Below, one piece after another: positions 1 through 9,839 of a stretch of 64,000 bases of DNA. Location: positions 93,409-157,408 of the forward strand of contig CAZGSD010000002.1 of the NCBI GenBank assembly GCA_964528305.1, in the 5' to 3' direction. The stretch is from an uncultured Candidatus Peribacteria bacterium (lineage in GTDB: Bacteria > Patescibacteriota > Gracilibacteria > UBA1369). Made by a program: the position numbers and the translations under genes. Under the pieces are notes generated by a model. It worked only from the letters and a program-made list of their open reading frames with translations, ran no database searches and was not told the origin of the DNA. Position 1 is the stretch's first letter. Every line of letters begins with the position of its first letter.

Positions 1-954
1 AGGCTCATAAACATCTTCTATAGTCCCACTGTCTTCACTGGTCGCAGCCGCGATGGTATTCAATCCCACCGGTCCACCATGAAATTTTTCAATAATAGAA
101 GCCAATATACTCCTATCTCCATCATCTAAGCCCAATTCATCTATTCCCAGCATCTGTAAACACTTATTCGTTGCTGAAACCGTCACAACCCGCTCTCCAT
201 GAACCAAGGCATAATCCCTCACCCGACGCAGCAAACGATTAGCTATTCTAGGAGTTTGCCGGGCAGATTTAGCTATAATTTCAGCCGCATCATTTTCCAG
301 TTCCACCCCCAAAATACCAGCGGACCGCAAAACAATCTGCTTCACATGCTCACGCTCATAAAATTGCAATCGATACACCGCTCCAAAACGATCGCGCAAA
401 GGAGAAGATAGCATGCTAACCTTAGTAGTAGCTCCAATTAAAGTAAAACGGGGGAGCTTTAAACGCATAATTTTAGCAGCAGGCCCCTTACCAATAACCA
501 AATCAATAGCAAAATCTTCCATGGCCGAATAAAGTATTTCTTCCACAGCCGGCTTCAGGCGATGAATTTCATCAATAAACAAAATATCATTTTGCTTCAA
601 ATTGGTAATAATCGAAGCAATATCTCCTTGCTTTTCCAATGCTGGACCAGCCGTCACCCGCAAATTCACCCCCATCTCCTGAGCAATAATATTAGCCAAA
701 GTTGTTTTTCCCAAGCCAGGCGGCCCATGCAACAATAAATGATCCAAGGGCTCTTGCCGCAACCGAGCAGACTCTATCAAATAGCGTAGATTAGCCTTCA
801 CTTCATCCTGACCTATATAATCGGCCAAGCAACCAGGCCTCAGAGTTTGTTCCATGGTAATATCACTGTCGCTCACCGACAAATCACCAGACACGGAACG
901 CACGGCTCCAGTCTCCACCCCCTGATTTTGTTTATTAATTCTTTTTATCGTCAA
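1..954 (-). CDS. ruvB: Holliday junction ATPase RuvB, 3' end beyond window; start TTG 954 (or ATG 855)
   Basis: Minus-strand translation gives [23 protein letters not shown] (Walker A), [10 protein letters not shown] (Walker B) and [16 protein letters not shown]. It is absent from the ORF track because no stop lies inside the window. Confidence 0.9.
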   Translation of the reverse strand, partial: MTIKRINKQNQGVETGAVRSVSGDLSVSDSDITMEQTLRPGCLADYIGQDEVKANLRYLIESARLRQEPLDHLLLHGPPGLGKTTLANIIAQEMGVNLRVTAGPALEKQGDIASIITNLKQNDILFIDEIHRLKPAVEEILYSAMEDFAIDLVIGKGPAAKIMRLKLPRFTLIGATTKVSMLSSPLRDRFGAVYRLQFYEREHVKQIVLRSAGILGVELENDAAEIIAKSARQTPRIANRLLRRVRDYALVHGERVVTVSATNKCLQMLGIDELGLDDGDRSILASIIEKFHGGPVGLNTIAAATSEDSGTIEDVYEP

Positions 955-976
955 AAGAAAATCTTACGGCCAAACC

Positions 977-985
977 ACTATAACA
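977..985 (-). promoter_or_regulatory. extended -10 box TGTTATAGT upstream of ruvB
   Basis: The reverse complement of actataaca is TGTTATAGT, 23 nt upstream of the TTG at 954. It matches the TGnTAnAnT motif that recurs before other genes here. Confidence 0.35.
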
Positions 986-988
986 AAA

Positions 989-1570
989 CTATTCTCGACT
1001 GGCCACTTTACTATTTGTAGATTCCATTTTCTGGATAAAATTCGGCGCTTTTGTTTCTCGCCCCTGATATTTCGCCATATTGAGCGACCAATGTTTTCTG
1101 GACAGATTGGTTACAAAAAATTTAATCCCTTCCGGATCCGGAGCTTCATGAAAGGTAATTACCGTTTTAGTCGAAGCCGTTTCCACCAAAAACTCTCCAA
1201 AATCGAACAATTTAATATTAGACAAAAATCCGTTTTCTTTGGATTCAATATTTTGAATATCATTTAGCATAGCCTGAGTCTCCTGATATTTAAAAGGACT
1301 AATCCAATCTAAATGAACTATTCGCTGATTGGTCAAAACCAGCGTATCCAAATAATACATCATGAAATCATAGGCATAAACCAAAGCAAAAAGCACCAGC
1401 ACACTTACCACTATCGTTACAGTCACCATTCGAGGCAACACAGCACTAAATAGAGCCGCCAAAAAAAAGAATGGCAAGCTAGCCATCCACAACTTCACCC
1501 CACGCATAACAAAACAAAAGAAATTATGATGATAAACTTTCACTATTTTCTCATCTGGCTGCAATTTCAT
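989..1570 (-). CDS. membrane protein with two TM helices and a possible bacterial PH-like domain
   Basis: ORF 989..1615. The first ATG is at 1570 (MKLQPDEKIV...); the codon at 1615 is TTG. Two hydrophobic helices are followed by a soluble domain. The family call is tentative. Confidence 0.5.
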   Translation of the reverse strand: MKLQPDEKIVKVYHHNFFCFVMRGVKLWMASLPFFFLAALFSAVLPRMVTVTIVVSVLVLFALVYAYDFMMYYLDTLVLTNQRIVHLDWISPFKYQETQAMLNDIQNIESKENGFLSNIKLFDFGEFLVETASTKTVITFHEAPDPEGIKFFVTNLSRKHWSLNMAKYQGRETKAPNFIQKMESTNSKVASRE

Positions 1571-1723
1571 GAAACTTGCGCTAAAATCACTTATAATTCT
1601 AACATCACTCGACAAAAAAGCAAATCAGGATAATCCCAAACAGGAAAGGAATATAAAAAAATCCACAACAACAATGGTTTCAACACCAAAACCCTCACAG
1701 TTAATCTTATACAAGGCGCCAAC

Positions 1724-1771
1724 AAAAAATATTCTGAGACAGTATGATTAATACGGCTCAGGATATTTTTT
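1724..1771. terminator. AT-rich 15-bp hairpin flanked by an A-run and a T-run, downstream of tRNA-Arg
   Basis: aaaaaatattctgag (1724-1738) pairs with ctcaggatatttttt (1757-1771) with one non-Watson-Crick position. The stem is weak. Confidence 0.3.
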
Positions 1772-1808
1772 GTGCAGCAACGCAGTATAAAATAAACTAA
1801 TCACTTTC

Positions 1809-1885
1809 TGGTGCGCCCGACACGATTCGAACGTGTGACCTTTGCCTTAGAAGGGCACTGCTCTATCCAACTGAGCTACGGGCGC
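1809..1885 (-). tRNA. tRNA-Arg (anticodon UCU), CCA encoded
   Basis: The reverse complement GCGCCCGTAGCTCAGTTGGATAGAGCAGTGCCCTTCTAAGGCAAAGGTCACACGTTCGAATCGTGTCGGGCGCACCA folds as a cloverleaf. The anticodon loop is CTTCTAA. Confidence 0.9.
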
Positions 1886-1897
1886 TTAACGCCAGGG

Positions 1898-1926
1898 ATT
1901 CTAATGCAAAACCACACCACCAGCAA
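1898..1926 (-). promoter_or_regulatory. sigma70-type promoter TTGCTG-17-TAGAAT for tRNA-Arg
   Basis: The minus strand reads ttgctg gtggtgtggttttgcat tagaat, followed by 12 nt and then tRNA position 1. Confidence 0.55.
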
Positions 1927-1933
1927 CCTCAAT

Positions 1934-3880
1934 TTATTTTACCAAATAAAACTCCCGAGCCTTATCATCTGACACAGTAACAACATCATCAAAAACAGTA
2001 GCAGCACTTATTTTTATCACAACCATGCGGTAAATAATCTGGGCAACCTCGCCGCGAGTAATAAACTCATTCGGTTTAAACTTTTCCCGTCCTCCATCAA
2101 TCAAACCTTTTTCTTTGGCCATAGCGATGTAACCACTATACCAAGAATCAGTGGTAACATCGGCAAAAGGACGACTAGCTGGCTTAAAATCACCAACATT
2201 CATTCCAGCAGCTTCCATCAACATTTTCAAAAATTCAGCACGAGTCACATTACTGGCCGGTTTAAATTTATTACCCACATAACCTTTAACAACACCATCC
2301 ATTTGAGCCGCTAAAACATATTTAGCATACCAAGCGCCAGAATCCGTATCCGCAAATTCCAACAAACCACGATTAACTAAAGCTTTATTCAAGCCCTCAT
2401 AAATCAATTTCACAGCCTCTACGCGAGTTACTGGATTTTGCTGTTTAAAAGTACCATCAGAATACCCATTAATCACTCCATGCTCTTTCAAAAAATCAAC
2501 AGCCTTATAATTAACATCATCTTTTAACAAATCCTTAAAGAAGGATTCTTTAATCACCTCAGACACAGCAGCAATGCGGCCATCAGTCACCCCCAAACGC
2601 AAACCAAAAGACACAGTAGGGGTATATAGAACTTCTGCTTTTCCATCAACAAAGTCATCAGCATTCAAATAGGTTTTAGCTAAACTAGCACCACCGTTTT
2701 CCACTTTCACTTCTAATTCTTTTTCAGGTTTATAATTAGAAATAACCTGACCATCTTTATCCAAAGCCACCACTTTCAACTTTCCAGCCACACCGACATT
2801 GAAACTATCCTCATGCTGCAAAGCAAAACTAGCCAATTCTTTCACCTCCGGTTTCGCCACCACAGCAGGCTGAACAGTCACGCTAACTGGCGTTACAGGA
2901 GCATTAGTTACCTCTGAGGATGGTTCCGGAGCAGGCTTACTTTCTACAGGTTTTACCTCCGGCTGCTCACTAACAATTGAAGTGCTTGTTTCCACGCCAG
3001 CTCCGCCAAAATTTCGATATTTCTGCACATAAAGCAGAGGATGTATTGTCGTGGCTAAAGCCTTGTCTTTACCGAGTCCTACATTAACACCATCCCAAAA
3101 TCCGACTTTAGCATCAGCCGCATCCTTGGAAGTAAAAGGCCAATACAAATGCCAAGGAGCCTGATCATTATCTATTTGAAAATGCAAATGTGGCGTAGTA
3201 GCCGTACCCGAATTACCACTATAACCAATCAATTGCCCCTTATTCACTTGATCTCCTTCAGCCACCACAAAACTTCCCAAATGAGCATATCCAGAATAAT
3301 AAGTAGTTTTCACAGTAGCATCCGCAAGTGACGGTACCTCATCATGCCTAAGTACCACATGATAACCAAAACCAGAAGACTGATTAACAGCTTTAACAAC
3401 AACCGCATTGGCAATAGCATAAACAGGAGTTCCAGCAGGCAATTTAATATCCACAGCCAAATGACTACCAGCATATTCTTGCCCATCCAACTTATAATTC
3501 CCCATGTAAGGCGTGCTATAAGTCACCTGAGCATTTCTAATATTCTTGTCACTAAATTTGCTAAAATTCAAACTACTGAAAGGCACAGACAACTGAGCTG
3601 GATTATATTCCGGCATGTCCACAAACTTATCCAGTGGAATATCGATATAAGACGCCTTCCATTCTGCCGAAGTCAAATCTACCCAATTAGGCACTTTCTT
3701 AACCGGATAAACCGTACCATCAAAAATTGCTGATTTTTTGGCTGTCAACACATTGGCCTGAAAGTCCTGCCAACCGATGTTAACCATGCCTCCAGCCACA
3801 ATAAAAGCAGCTGCAACCAGCAAGATTTCTCTTCCACGTGTTTTCAAAAATTTATTTTCTCTAAACATCATCTTGAACAT
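1934..3880 (-). CDS. secreted M23 (LytM-type) peptidase with three C-terminal SLH domains
   Basis: An N-terminal signal anchor is present. M23 motifs are HLAVDI, GYHVVLRH and TTPHLHFQI. Three repeats of the type F.D...WY..Y......G...GY.....FKP...TR.E occupy the last ~200 aa. Confidence 0.85.
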   Translation of the reverse strand: MFKMMFRENKFLKTRGREILLVAAAFIVAGGMVNIGWQDFQANVLTAKKSAIFDGTVYPVKKVPNWVDLTSAEWKASYIDIPLDKFVDMPEYNPAQLSVPFSSLNFSKFSDKNIRNAQVTYSTPYMGNYKLDGQEYAGSHLAVDIKLPAGTPVYAIANAVVVKAVNQSSGFGYHVVLRHDEVPSLADATVKTTYYSGYAHLGSFVVAEGDQVNKGQLIGYSGNSGTATTPHLHFQIDNDQAPWHLYWPFTSKDAADAKVGFWDGVNVGLGKDKALATTIHPLLYVQKYRNFGGAGVETSTSIVSEQPEVKPVESKPAPEPSSEVTNAPVTPVSVTVQPAVVAKPEVKELASFALQHEDSFNVGVAGKLKVVALDKDGQVISNYKPEKELEVKVENGGASLAKTYLNADDFVDGKAEVLYTPTVSFGLRLGVTDGRIAAVSEVIKESFFKDLLKDDVNYKAVDFLKEHGVINGYSDGTFKQQNPVTRVEAVKLIYEGLNKALVNRGLLEFADTDSGAWYAKYVLAAQMDGVVKGYVGNKFKPASNVTRAEFLKMLMEAAGMNVGDFKPASRPFADVTTDSWYSGYIAMAKEKGLIDGGREKFKPNEFITRGEVAQIIYRMVVIKISAATVFDDVVTVSDDKAREFYLVK

Positions 3881-3912
3881 TTTGATTTTGGGTTTTTTTT
3901 ATGTATCGTTAA

Positions 3913-3921
3913 ATTATAGCA
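3913..3921 (-). promoter_or_regulatory. extended -10 box TGCTATAAT upstream of the M23 peptidase gene
   Basis: The reverse complement of attatagca is TGCTATAAT, 32 nt upstream of the ATG at 3880. Confidence 0.45.
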
Positions 3922-3955
3922 GAAAAACACCACTTTACCAAGCTTTAAGCCACCC

Positions 3956-4417
3956 ATGAATCCCCCTATCTCCCTACAATTTGAGGAACAGAGTTTAGCC
4001 GACCTAAAATCCCTTTCTAGCCAAATTAAAGATTTGCTGAATCCACCGAGCTTACTGCTCTTATCAGGCCCTCTAGGAGCTGGAAAAACCACCTTAGTCA
4101 AAGCCCTGATGGAACAATACGACTTACCGGCACGTCAAGTCAAAAGTCCAACATTCAGCCTGATTAATATTTATCAGACAAAAACCAGCCGCGTTGCTCA
4201 CCTGGATCTTTATCGTTTAACAGATGAGGACCCACTATTAATCGAAGAAATAAAAGAATTGCTGCAGGATCCAACCAGCATTGTTATTGTTGAATGGCCA
4301 GAAAAACTTGATCTATCAAGCCTTCACCCATACGCCAACCAAATCATCAATTTAAAATTGGCTTTCACGGCCAAAAATTTCAGGAATATCTCTCTACATG
4401 TTACAAATAACCTATAG
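3956..4417 (+). CDS. tsaE: tRNA t6A37 biosynthesis ATPase TsaE
   Basis: LLLLSGPLGAGKTTLVKAL (P-loop), VKSPTFSLINIY and HLDLYRL. The size is typical at 153 aa. Confidence 0.85.
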   Translation: MNPPISLQFEEQSLADLKSLSSQIKDLLNPPSLLLLSGPLGAGKTTLVKALMEQYDLPARQVKSPTFSLINIYQTKTSRVAHLDLYRLTDEDPLLIEEIKELLQDPTSIVIVEWPEKLDLSSLHPYANQIINLKLAFTAKNFRNISLHVTNNL

Positions 4418-4431
4418 ACACTCCCACAAAC

Positions 4432-7400
4432 ATGTTCATCCACCTCAACACTCACTCACATTACAGTCTTCTAGACGCTCTAGGTACACCCAAAGACATA
4501 GTCAAAAAAGCCAAGGAATTTGGCAGCCCAGCCATAGGTCTCACCGACAACTCCTATCTCTATGGAGCTGTCGAGTTTTATAAAGCCGCCAAAGACGCAG
4601 GCATCAAAGCAATTATAGGTTGTGATTTTCACTTCACCAGCGAATCCCGCTTTGAACATTCTCCCGAATCGGCTAAAAACACCTCCCGTCTAACCATAAT
4701 TGCCTACAACAATACTGGCTATCAAAATCTACTACAATTAAGCACACTTGCCTCATTGGAAGGACAGTTTTTACAAACCCCACGCCTAGATCTAGACCTA
4801 CTTCGTAAGTATAACGAAGGCTTGACAGTACTGAGCGGCAGCTTAAAAGGCGCCATCGGCCAGCAATTGGAACAGGGGAATTATCAAGCAGCTTCAGAAT
4901 TAGCCAAACAGTTTAAAGATATTTTCGGCGACAATTACTATTTAGAAATACAAAGACATCCAGAAATCCCAGCCTATGCCAATATTGAAGCTGATACTTT
5001 GCGTTTATCAAAGGACTTAAACATTCCTATTGTCGCCACCCAAAACGCCCATTATCTAAAACCCCAAGACGCTCCCCCCCACGACATACTGCTCTGCATT
5101 GGCAATCAAACCAATTTAAACAACCCTGATCGCCCCCGTTACGCCAGCGATTTTTCACTCAAACAGCCGAAGCTCATGACTGAAATATTTGCTGACCTGC
5201 CAGAAGCCTGTCTCAACACAGTCAAAATCGCTGACCAATGTGACGTCAAACTAACATTCGGCCAATACCTAATTCCCCAATTCAAAACTCCCAAACAACA
5301 AAGTTCCAAAGATTACTTGCGTGAGTTATGTCTGCAAGGCATGCAAGAACTATATCCCAAAGATGAGCATGAAAAAGCCTTAAAACAATTAGATTATGAA
5401 TTGGAAGTGGTCGACAAAATGGGCTTCAATGACTACTTCCTAATCGTTTGGGATTTTATCCATTATGCCAAAAGTAATGGTATCGTGGTCGGCCCCGGCC
5501 GCGGTTCCGCGGCCGGGGCGATAATCGCCTACACGCTAAAAATCACCGAGCTCGACCCACTAGCTCACGGACTGGTTTTCGAACGCTTTCTCAATCCCGA
5601 TCGTATCTCCATGCCGGATATCGATATTGATTTTGCTGACACTCGCAGACATGAAGTACTAGAATACACTATTCGCAAATATGGCCAAGAATGCGTATCA
5701 CAAGTGATCACTTACGGCACCATGTCAGCCAAAGCCGCCGTCCGCGATGTCGGGCGAGGTATGGGCTATCCTTATTCCGAAGTAGATTTAATCGCCAAAG
5801 CAGTACCCAACCCCATACTGGGCAAACATACCCCACTGGCTATTTCTATCGAAAAAGATCCAAATCTCAGCGAAATCTACAAAATGAACGCCCGAGCCAA
5901 AGAGTTGCTCGACAATGCCATCAAACTAGAGGGTACCGTCCGCAATGCGGGAACTCATGCCTGCGCAGTAATTATCGCCGATCGCCCACTAGTCAATTTC
6001 ACCCCACTACAAAAAGCTACCGACGGCAGCAATGGTCAGATTACCCAGTATTCCATGAAATATCTGGAAGATATTGGACTTCTGAAGATGGACTTTTTGG
6101 GACTTAAAAATCTAACCATTATCGAACAAGCGCTTAAACTTGTTCAAGCACGTACCGGAGAGCAAATCAACATCAGCCAAATCCCACTAGACGACAGTAA
6201 AACTTTTGAATTACTACAAAGAGGGGATACTACTGGTGTTTTTCAGTTAGAATCCTCCGGCATGCGACGCTACATACGAGAATTAAAACCAACTCATTTC
6301 GAAGATATCGTCGCTATGATCTCGCTTTACCGGCCCGGCCCCATGGAGTGGATACCCGCCTATATCGAGGGCAAACATAATCCCGAAAAAGTCACCTATC
6401 AGGACGAATCTTTTCAAAACATCCTCAAAGAAACCAACGGCATAGCCATTTATCAGGAGCAAATTCTACTGATCGCCAGACAATTCGCCGGCTTTTCACT
6501 TGGTGAAGCTGACATACTTCGCCGCGCTGTAGGTAAAAAAGATCCCAAAGCTCTGGCAGAACAAAAAGACAAATTCATCAGTGGAAGCACAAATCAGGGA
6601 CATTCCGAAAGTCACGCCAAAAATATTTTTGAAAAAGTCATTGAGCCTTTTGCAGGTTACGGTTTCAACAAAGCTCACGCGGCCTGCTACGCCATGATTT
6701 CCTACCGCACATCCTATTTGAAAGCACACTACCCCACAGAATTAATGGCCGCCTTACTCACTTCCGATAGTGATAATACAGAAAAAATTGCTCAGGAAAT
6801 GTCCGACTGTGAAAATATGGGCATACAAGTACTACCTCCCTCCATCAACGAATCAGAAGCGGGCTTCGCCGTCATCGAAGAAGGGAAAATACGTTTTGGC
6901 CTTGGCGCCATCAAAGGCCTCGGTGAGGGCGCCATACAGCAAATCATCGATAGTCGCAATCAACAAGGACGCTTCACTAGTTTAGAAAATTTTGCCAGCC
7001 GCCTACCAGCCAAACTAATTAATAAAAAAACTATTGAATGTCTGGCTTATTCCGGCGCATTGGACGAATTCGATGAAAGAACAAAAATTGCTGAAAATTA
7101 TGAAGCAATCAGTGAATTCGCCAAAAATATCGACCGCGCCAAACATGACGACCAACATCAAACCGACCTCTTTGACATGTCCGATCAAGCCGCAGAAGAA
7201 TTCCAACAAAAATTAAACCTCAAATCCGTCTCTCCCGCCGGACTAATGGAAAGATTAAACAAAGAAAAAGATTTTCTTGGATTATATGTTTCTTCACGAC
7301 CACTCAAAGGCTTGGGCCGATATTTAAAAAGCAAAGCCAAATTCATCGGTGATTTCACCGAACGAGACATCGGCAAAAATCACAAAGTGGCAGGACTCCT

Positions 7401-8004
7401 CACCTCTATTCGCACGGTCATCACCAAATCAGGCAGTCCCATGGCTTATGCCGAACTCGAAGACCCAACCAGTAAAATCAGTTTAACCATTTTCCCCAAA
7501 ATCTATCAGGAATATAAATTTAAATTAAAAGAAAATCAGATATTGATAGTTGATGGCAAACTAGAATATCGCAAAGGTTATTTGCAAATGGCCGTCTTTG
7601 AGTTGAAAACAGTTTCCTTGGAAACCATGATTAAAAACGCCAAAGAAGCTGGAATTTACGATTTAAATGAGAAAATTACCCGCCATACACCAATCATCAA
7701 CGCCGATAAACTCAAACCAACTGAAGACAAAGATAATTCAGAAAAAAAGACCCCACCCGCAACTTCATCCCCCAAACATCATCAACACATCAGTGGTGAC
7801 CAAACCCAAATCCTCATCCACATCCCCACACAATTTTCACCAACCAACTTTGACCGCTTAAAAACCCTGCTCACCAGCATGCCAGGCCCCACGCCAGTCA
7901 GCCTCAAAATCGAGCAAAATCAAGGTTACCAAACACTCAAAACACCAATTTCCATAGAAACATCCAGTCAAAATCTACAATCCATTGAAAAATTCTTTGG
8001 ATAA
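4432..8004 (+). CDS. dnaE: DNA polymerase III alpha subunit
   Basis: 1190 aa. PHP domain start FIHLNTHSHYSLLDA, then GPGRGSAAGA, MPDIDIDF, and an OB fold near the C-terminus. The C-terminal tail is low-complexity and rich in P, T, Q and H. Confidence 0.95.
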   Translation: MFIHLNTHSHYSLLDALGTPKDIVKKAKEFGSPAIGLTDNSYLYGAVEFYKAAKDAGIKAIIGCDFHFTSESRFEHSPESAKNTSRLTIIAYNNTGYQNLLQLSTLASLEGQFLQTPRLDLDLLRKYNEGLTVLSGSLKGAIGQQLEQGNYQAASELAKQFKDIFGDNYYLEIQRHPEIPAYANIEADTLRLSKDLNIPIVATQNAHYLKPQDAPPHDILLCIGNQTNLNNPDRPRYASDFSLKQPKLMTEIFADLPEACLNTVKIADQCDVKLTFGQYLIPQFKTPKQQSSKDYLRELCLQGMQELYPKDEHEKALKQLDYELEVVDKMGFNDYFLIVWDFIHYAKSNGIVVGPGRGSAAGAIIAYTLKITELDPLAHGLVFERFLNPDRISMPDIDIDFADTRRHEVLEYTIRKYGQECVSQVITYGTMSAKAAVRDVGRGMGYPYSEVDLIAKAVPNPILGKHTPLAISIEKDPNLSEIYKMNARAKELLDNAIKLEGTVRNAGTHACAVIIADRPLVNFTPLQKATDGSNGQITQYSMKYLEDIGLLKMDFLGLKNLTIIEQALKLVQARTGEQINISQIPLDDSKTFELLQRGDTTGVFQLESSGMRRYIRELKPTHFEDIVAMISLYRPGPMEWIPAYIEGKHNPEKVTYQDESFQNILKETNGIAIYQEQILLIARQFAGFSLGEADILRRAVGKKDPKALAEQKDKFISGSTNQGHSESHAKNIFEKVIEPFAGYGFNKAHAACYAMISYRTSYLKAHYPTELMAALLTSDSDNTEKIAQEMSDCENMGIQVLPPSINESEAGFAVIEEGKIRFGLGAIKGLGEGAIQQIIDSRNQQGRFTSLENFASRLPAKLINKKTIECLAYSGALDEFDERTKIAENYEAISEFAKNIDRAKHDDQHQTDLFDMSDQAAEEFQQKLNLKSVSPAGLMERLNKEKDFLGLYVSSRPLKGLGRYLKSKAKFIGDFTERDIGKNHKVAGLLTSIRTVITKSGSPMAYAELEDPTSKISLTIFPKIYQEYKFKLKENQILIVDGKLEYRKGYLQMAVFELKTVSLETMIKNAKEAGIYDLNEKITRHTPIINADKLKPTEDKDNSEKKTPPATSSPKHHQHISGDQTQILIHIPTQFSPTNFDRLKTLLTSMPGPTPVSLKIEQNQGYQTLKTPISIETSSQNLQSIEKFFG

Positions 8005-8066
8005 ACGCCTAAAACAATTATAATTCTGGCGCTTTGAAAGCATTTTAAACCGCACAAAAAACTACC

Positions 8067-9839
8067 ATGCTCCGAACACATACCAACAATGAACTAACGC
8101 TCAAGCATCTCAATCAAAAAGTAACTCTCACCGGCTGGGTGCATCGCCGCCGCGACCATGGAGGAGTTATTTTCATTGATTTACGCGATCGCTATGGACT
8201 AACTCAAATAGTTACCGATCCTGTCACTTACAATCAAGCTCATCAAACAGCCAATGAGGTGCGCCCAGAATATGTAGTAAAAGTCACCGGTACAGTACGT
8301 GAGCGCCCAGCCGGCCAAGCCAATACGCATCTGGCCACAGGAGAAATCGAAGTAGTGATAGAAGAATTCACCATACTTAATCGCGCCAAAACTCCACCTT
8401 TTGAAATCGACCATGAAATAGCCGTTAACGAAGAACTGCGCCTCAAATATCGTTATCTGGATTTACGCCGCGACCGCCTACAAAAAAACATCATCAAACG
8501 CCATCAAATAGTCAAAATGATGCGCGACATTCTAGATAGACAAGATTTCATTGAAGTAGAAACACCTATTTTGATCAAAGGCACACCCGAAGGCAGCCGC
8601 GAATATTTAGTGCCATCCCGCATTTATCCGGGTACATTTTTTGTTCTCCCCCAATCACCACAACAACTCAAACAGTTGCTGATGGTGGCCGGATTCGACC
8701 GCTATTTCCAAATAGCCCGTTGTTTCCGCGACGAAGATTTAAGAGGGGACAGACAACCTGAATTCACCCAACTCGACCTGGAAATGTCTTTTATCGAACA
8801 AGAAGACGTCATGCAAATCATTGAAAGCATGATGATTGAAATCAGTCAAAAATTGGTTGGACACAAACAAATTCAACAAACTCCTTTCCCACGTATCACC
8901 TGGCAAGAGGCAATGGAACAATACGGCTCAGACAAACCAGATATACGCTTCGACATGAAAATCGTCGACATTACCGATTTGGCCTCCAACTGTAATTTTA
9001 GCGTTTTCAAAAATGCCATACAGGCCGGAGGAGTCGTCAAATGTCTACGAGTAGAAAATGGCCTAGAACTAACCCGCAAGGAAATAGACGATCTCACCGA
9101 ATTGGCTAAAACCCACGGAGCCAAGGGCCTAGCCTATATACAGTTAGCCGAAGACGGCCCTAAATCAGCACTAGTCAAACACTTTACTGCTGAAGAAATT
9201 CAGTCTTTCGTCACACGCGCCAGCGCCAAGATCGGCGATATACTATTCTTCGCAGCCGACACCTTTGAAATAGCCTGCAACAGTCTCGGCCAAGTACGCC
9301 TGGCCTGTGGCAATCGCTTTAATCTACGACCTGCTGACAAACTAGCCTATCTCTGGGTAGAAAATTTCCCCTTATTCGAAAAAGATCCCGTCAGCGGACA
9401 ACTAGCTGCTGCCCATCATCCCTTTACCTCTCCACTAGACAGCGAGCTCAACACTCTGCATTCCGACACCCCAGAGAAAACCATCGCCAAAGCCTATGAT
9501 ATTGTACTGAATGGCTATGAAATCGGCGGTGGCAGCATTCGTATTCACGATCAACAATTACAGAAAAAAATATTTGAACTACTCAATATCACTGACGCTG
9601 ATGCCGAAAAAAGATTTGGACACATATTAGAAGCTTTTGAATATGGCGCTCCACCACATGGCGGACTAGCTTTGGGACTAGAACGCATCATCATGATTTT
9701 TCAGGACGAACCCAATATTCGCGAAGTAATGGCATTTCCCAAAGACTCCAAAGCCAAAGACTTAATGCTCGGAGCCCCCTCCAGCATGCCCACAGAAACT
9801 ATCGAAGAATTAAATTTGGAAATCAAACACAAACAATAA
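8067..9839 (+). CDS. aspS: aspartate--tRNA ligase, bacterial type with insertion domain
   Basis: 590 aa. QSPQQLKQLLMVAGFDRYFQIARCFRDEDLRGDRQPEFTQLDLE (motif 2 region) and GGGSIRIH..GAPPHGGLALGLERI (motif 3). Confidence 0.95.
   Translation: MLRTHTNNELTLKHLNQKVTLTGWVHRRRDHGGVIFIDLRDRYGLTQIVTDPVTYNQAHQTANEVRPEYVVKVTGTVRERPAGQANTHLATGEIEVVIEEFTILNRAKTPPFEIDHEIAVNEELRLKYRYLDLRRDRLQKNIIKRHQIVKMMRDILDRQDFIEVETPILIKGTPEGSREYLVPSRIYPGTFFVLPQSPQQLKQLLMVAGFDRYFQIARCFRDEDLRGDRQPEFTQLDLEMSFIEQEDVMQIIESMMIEISQKLVGHKQIQQTPFPRITWQEAMEQYGSDKPDIRFDMKIVDITDLASNCNFSVFKNAIQAGGVVKCLRVENGLELTRKEIDDLTELAKTHGAKGLAYIQLAEDGPKSALVKHFTAEEIQSFVTRASAKIGDILFFAADTFEIACNSLGQVRLACGNRFNLRPADKLAYLWVENFPLFEKDPVSGQLAAAHHPFTSPLDSELNTLHSDTPEKTIAKAYDIVLNGYEIGGGSIRIHDQQLQKKIFELLNITDADAEKRFGHILEAFEYGAPPHGGLALGLERIIMIFQDEPNIREVMAFPKDSKAKDLMLGAPSSMPTETIEELNLEIKHKQ

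Noticed and set aside
3344-3733. Other long ORFs nested within large genes, antisense or in another frame: 3344-3733, 5691-6107, 42338-42736, 44031-44447 and 12818-13132.
   Set aside because: All lie inside well-supported conserved genes, and none has a recognisable motif.
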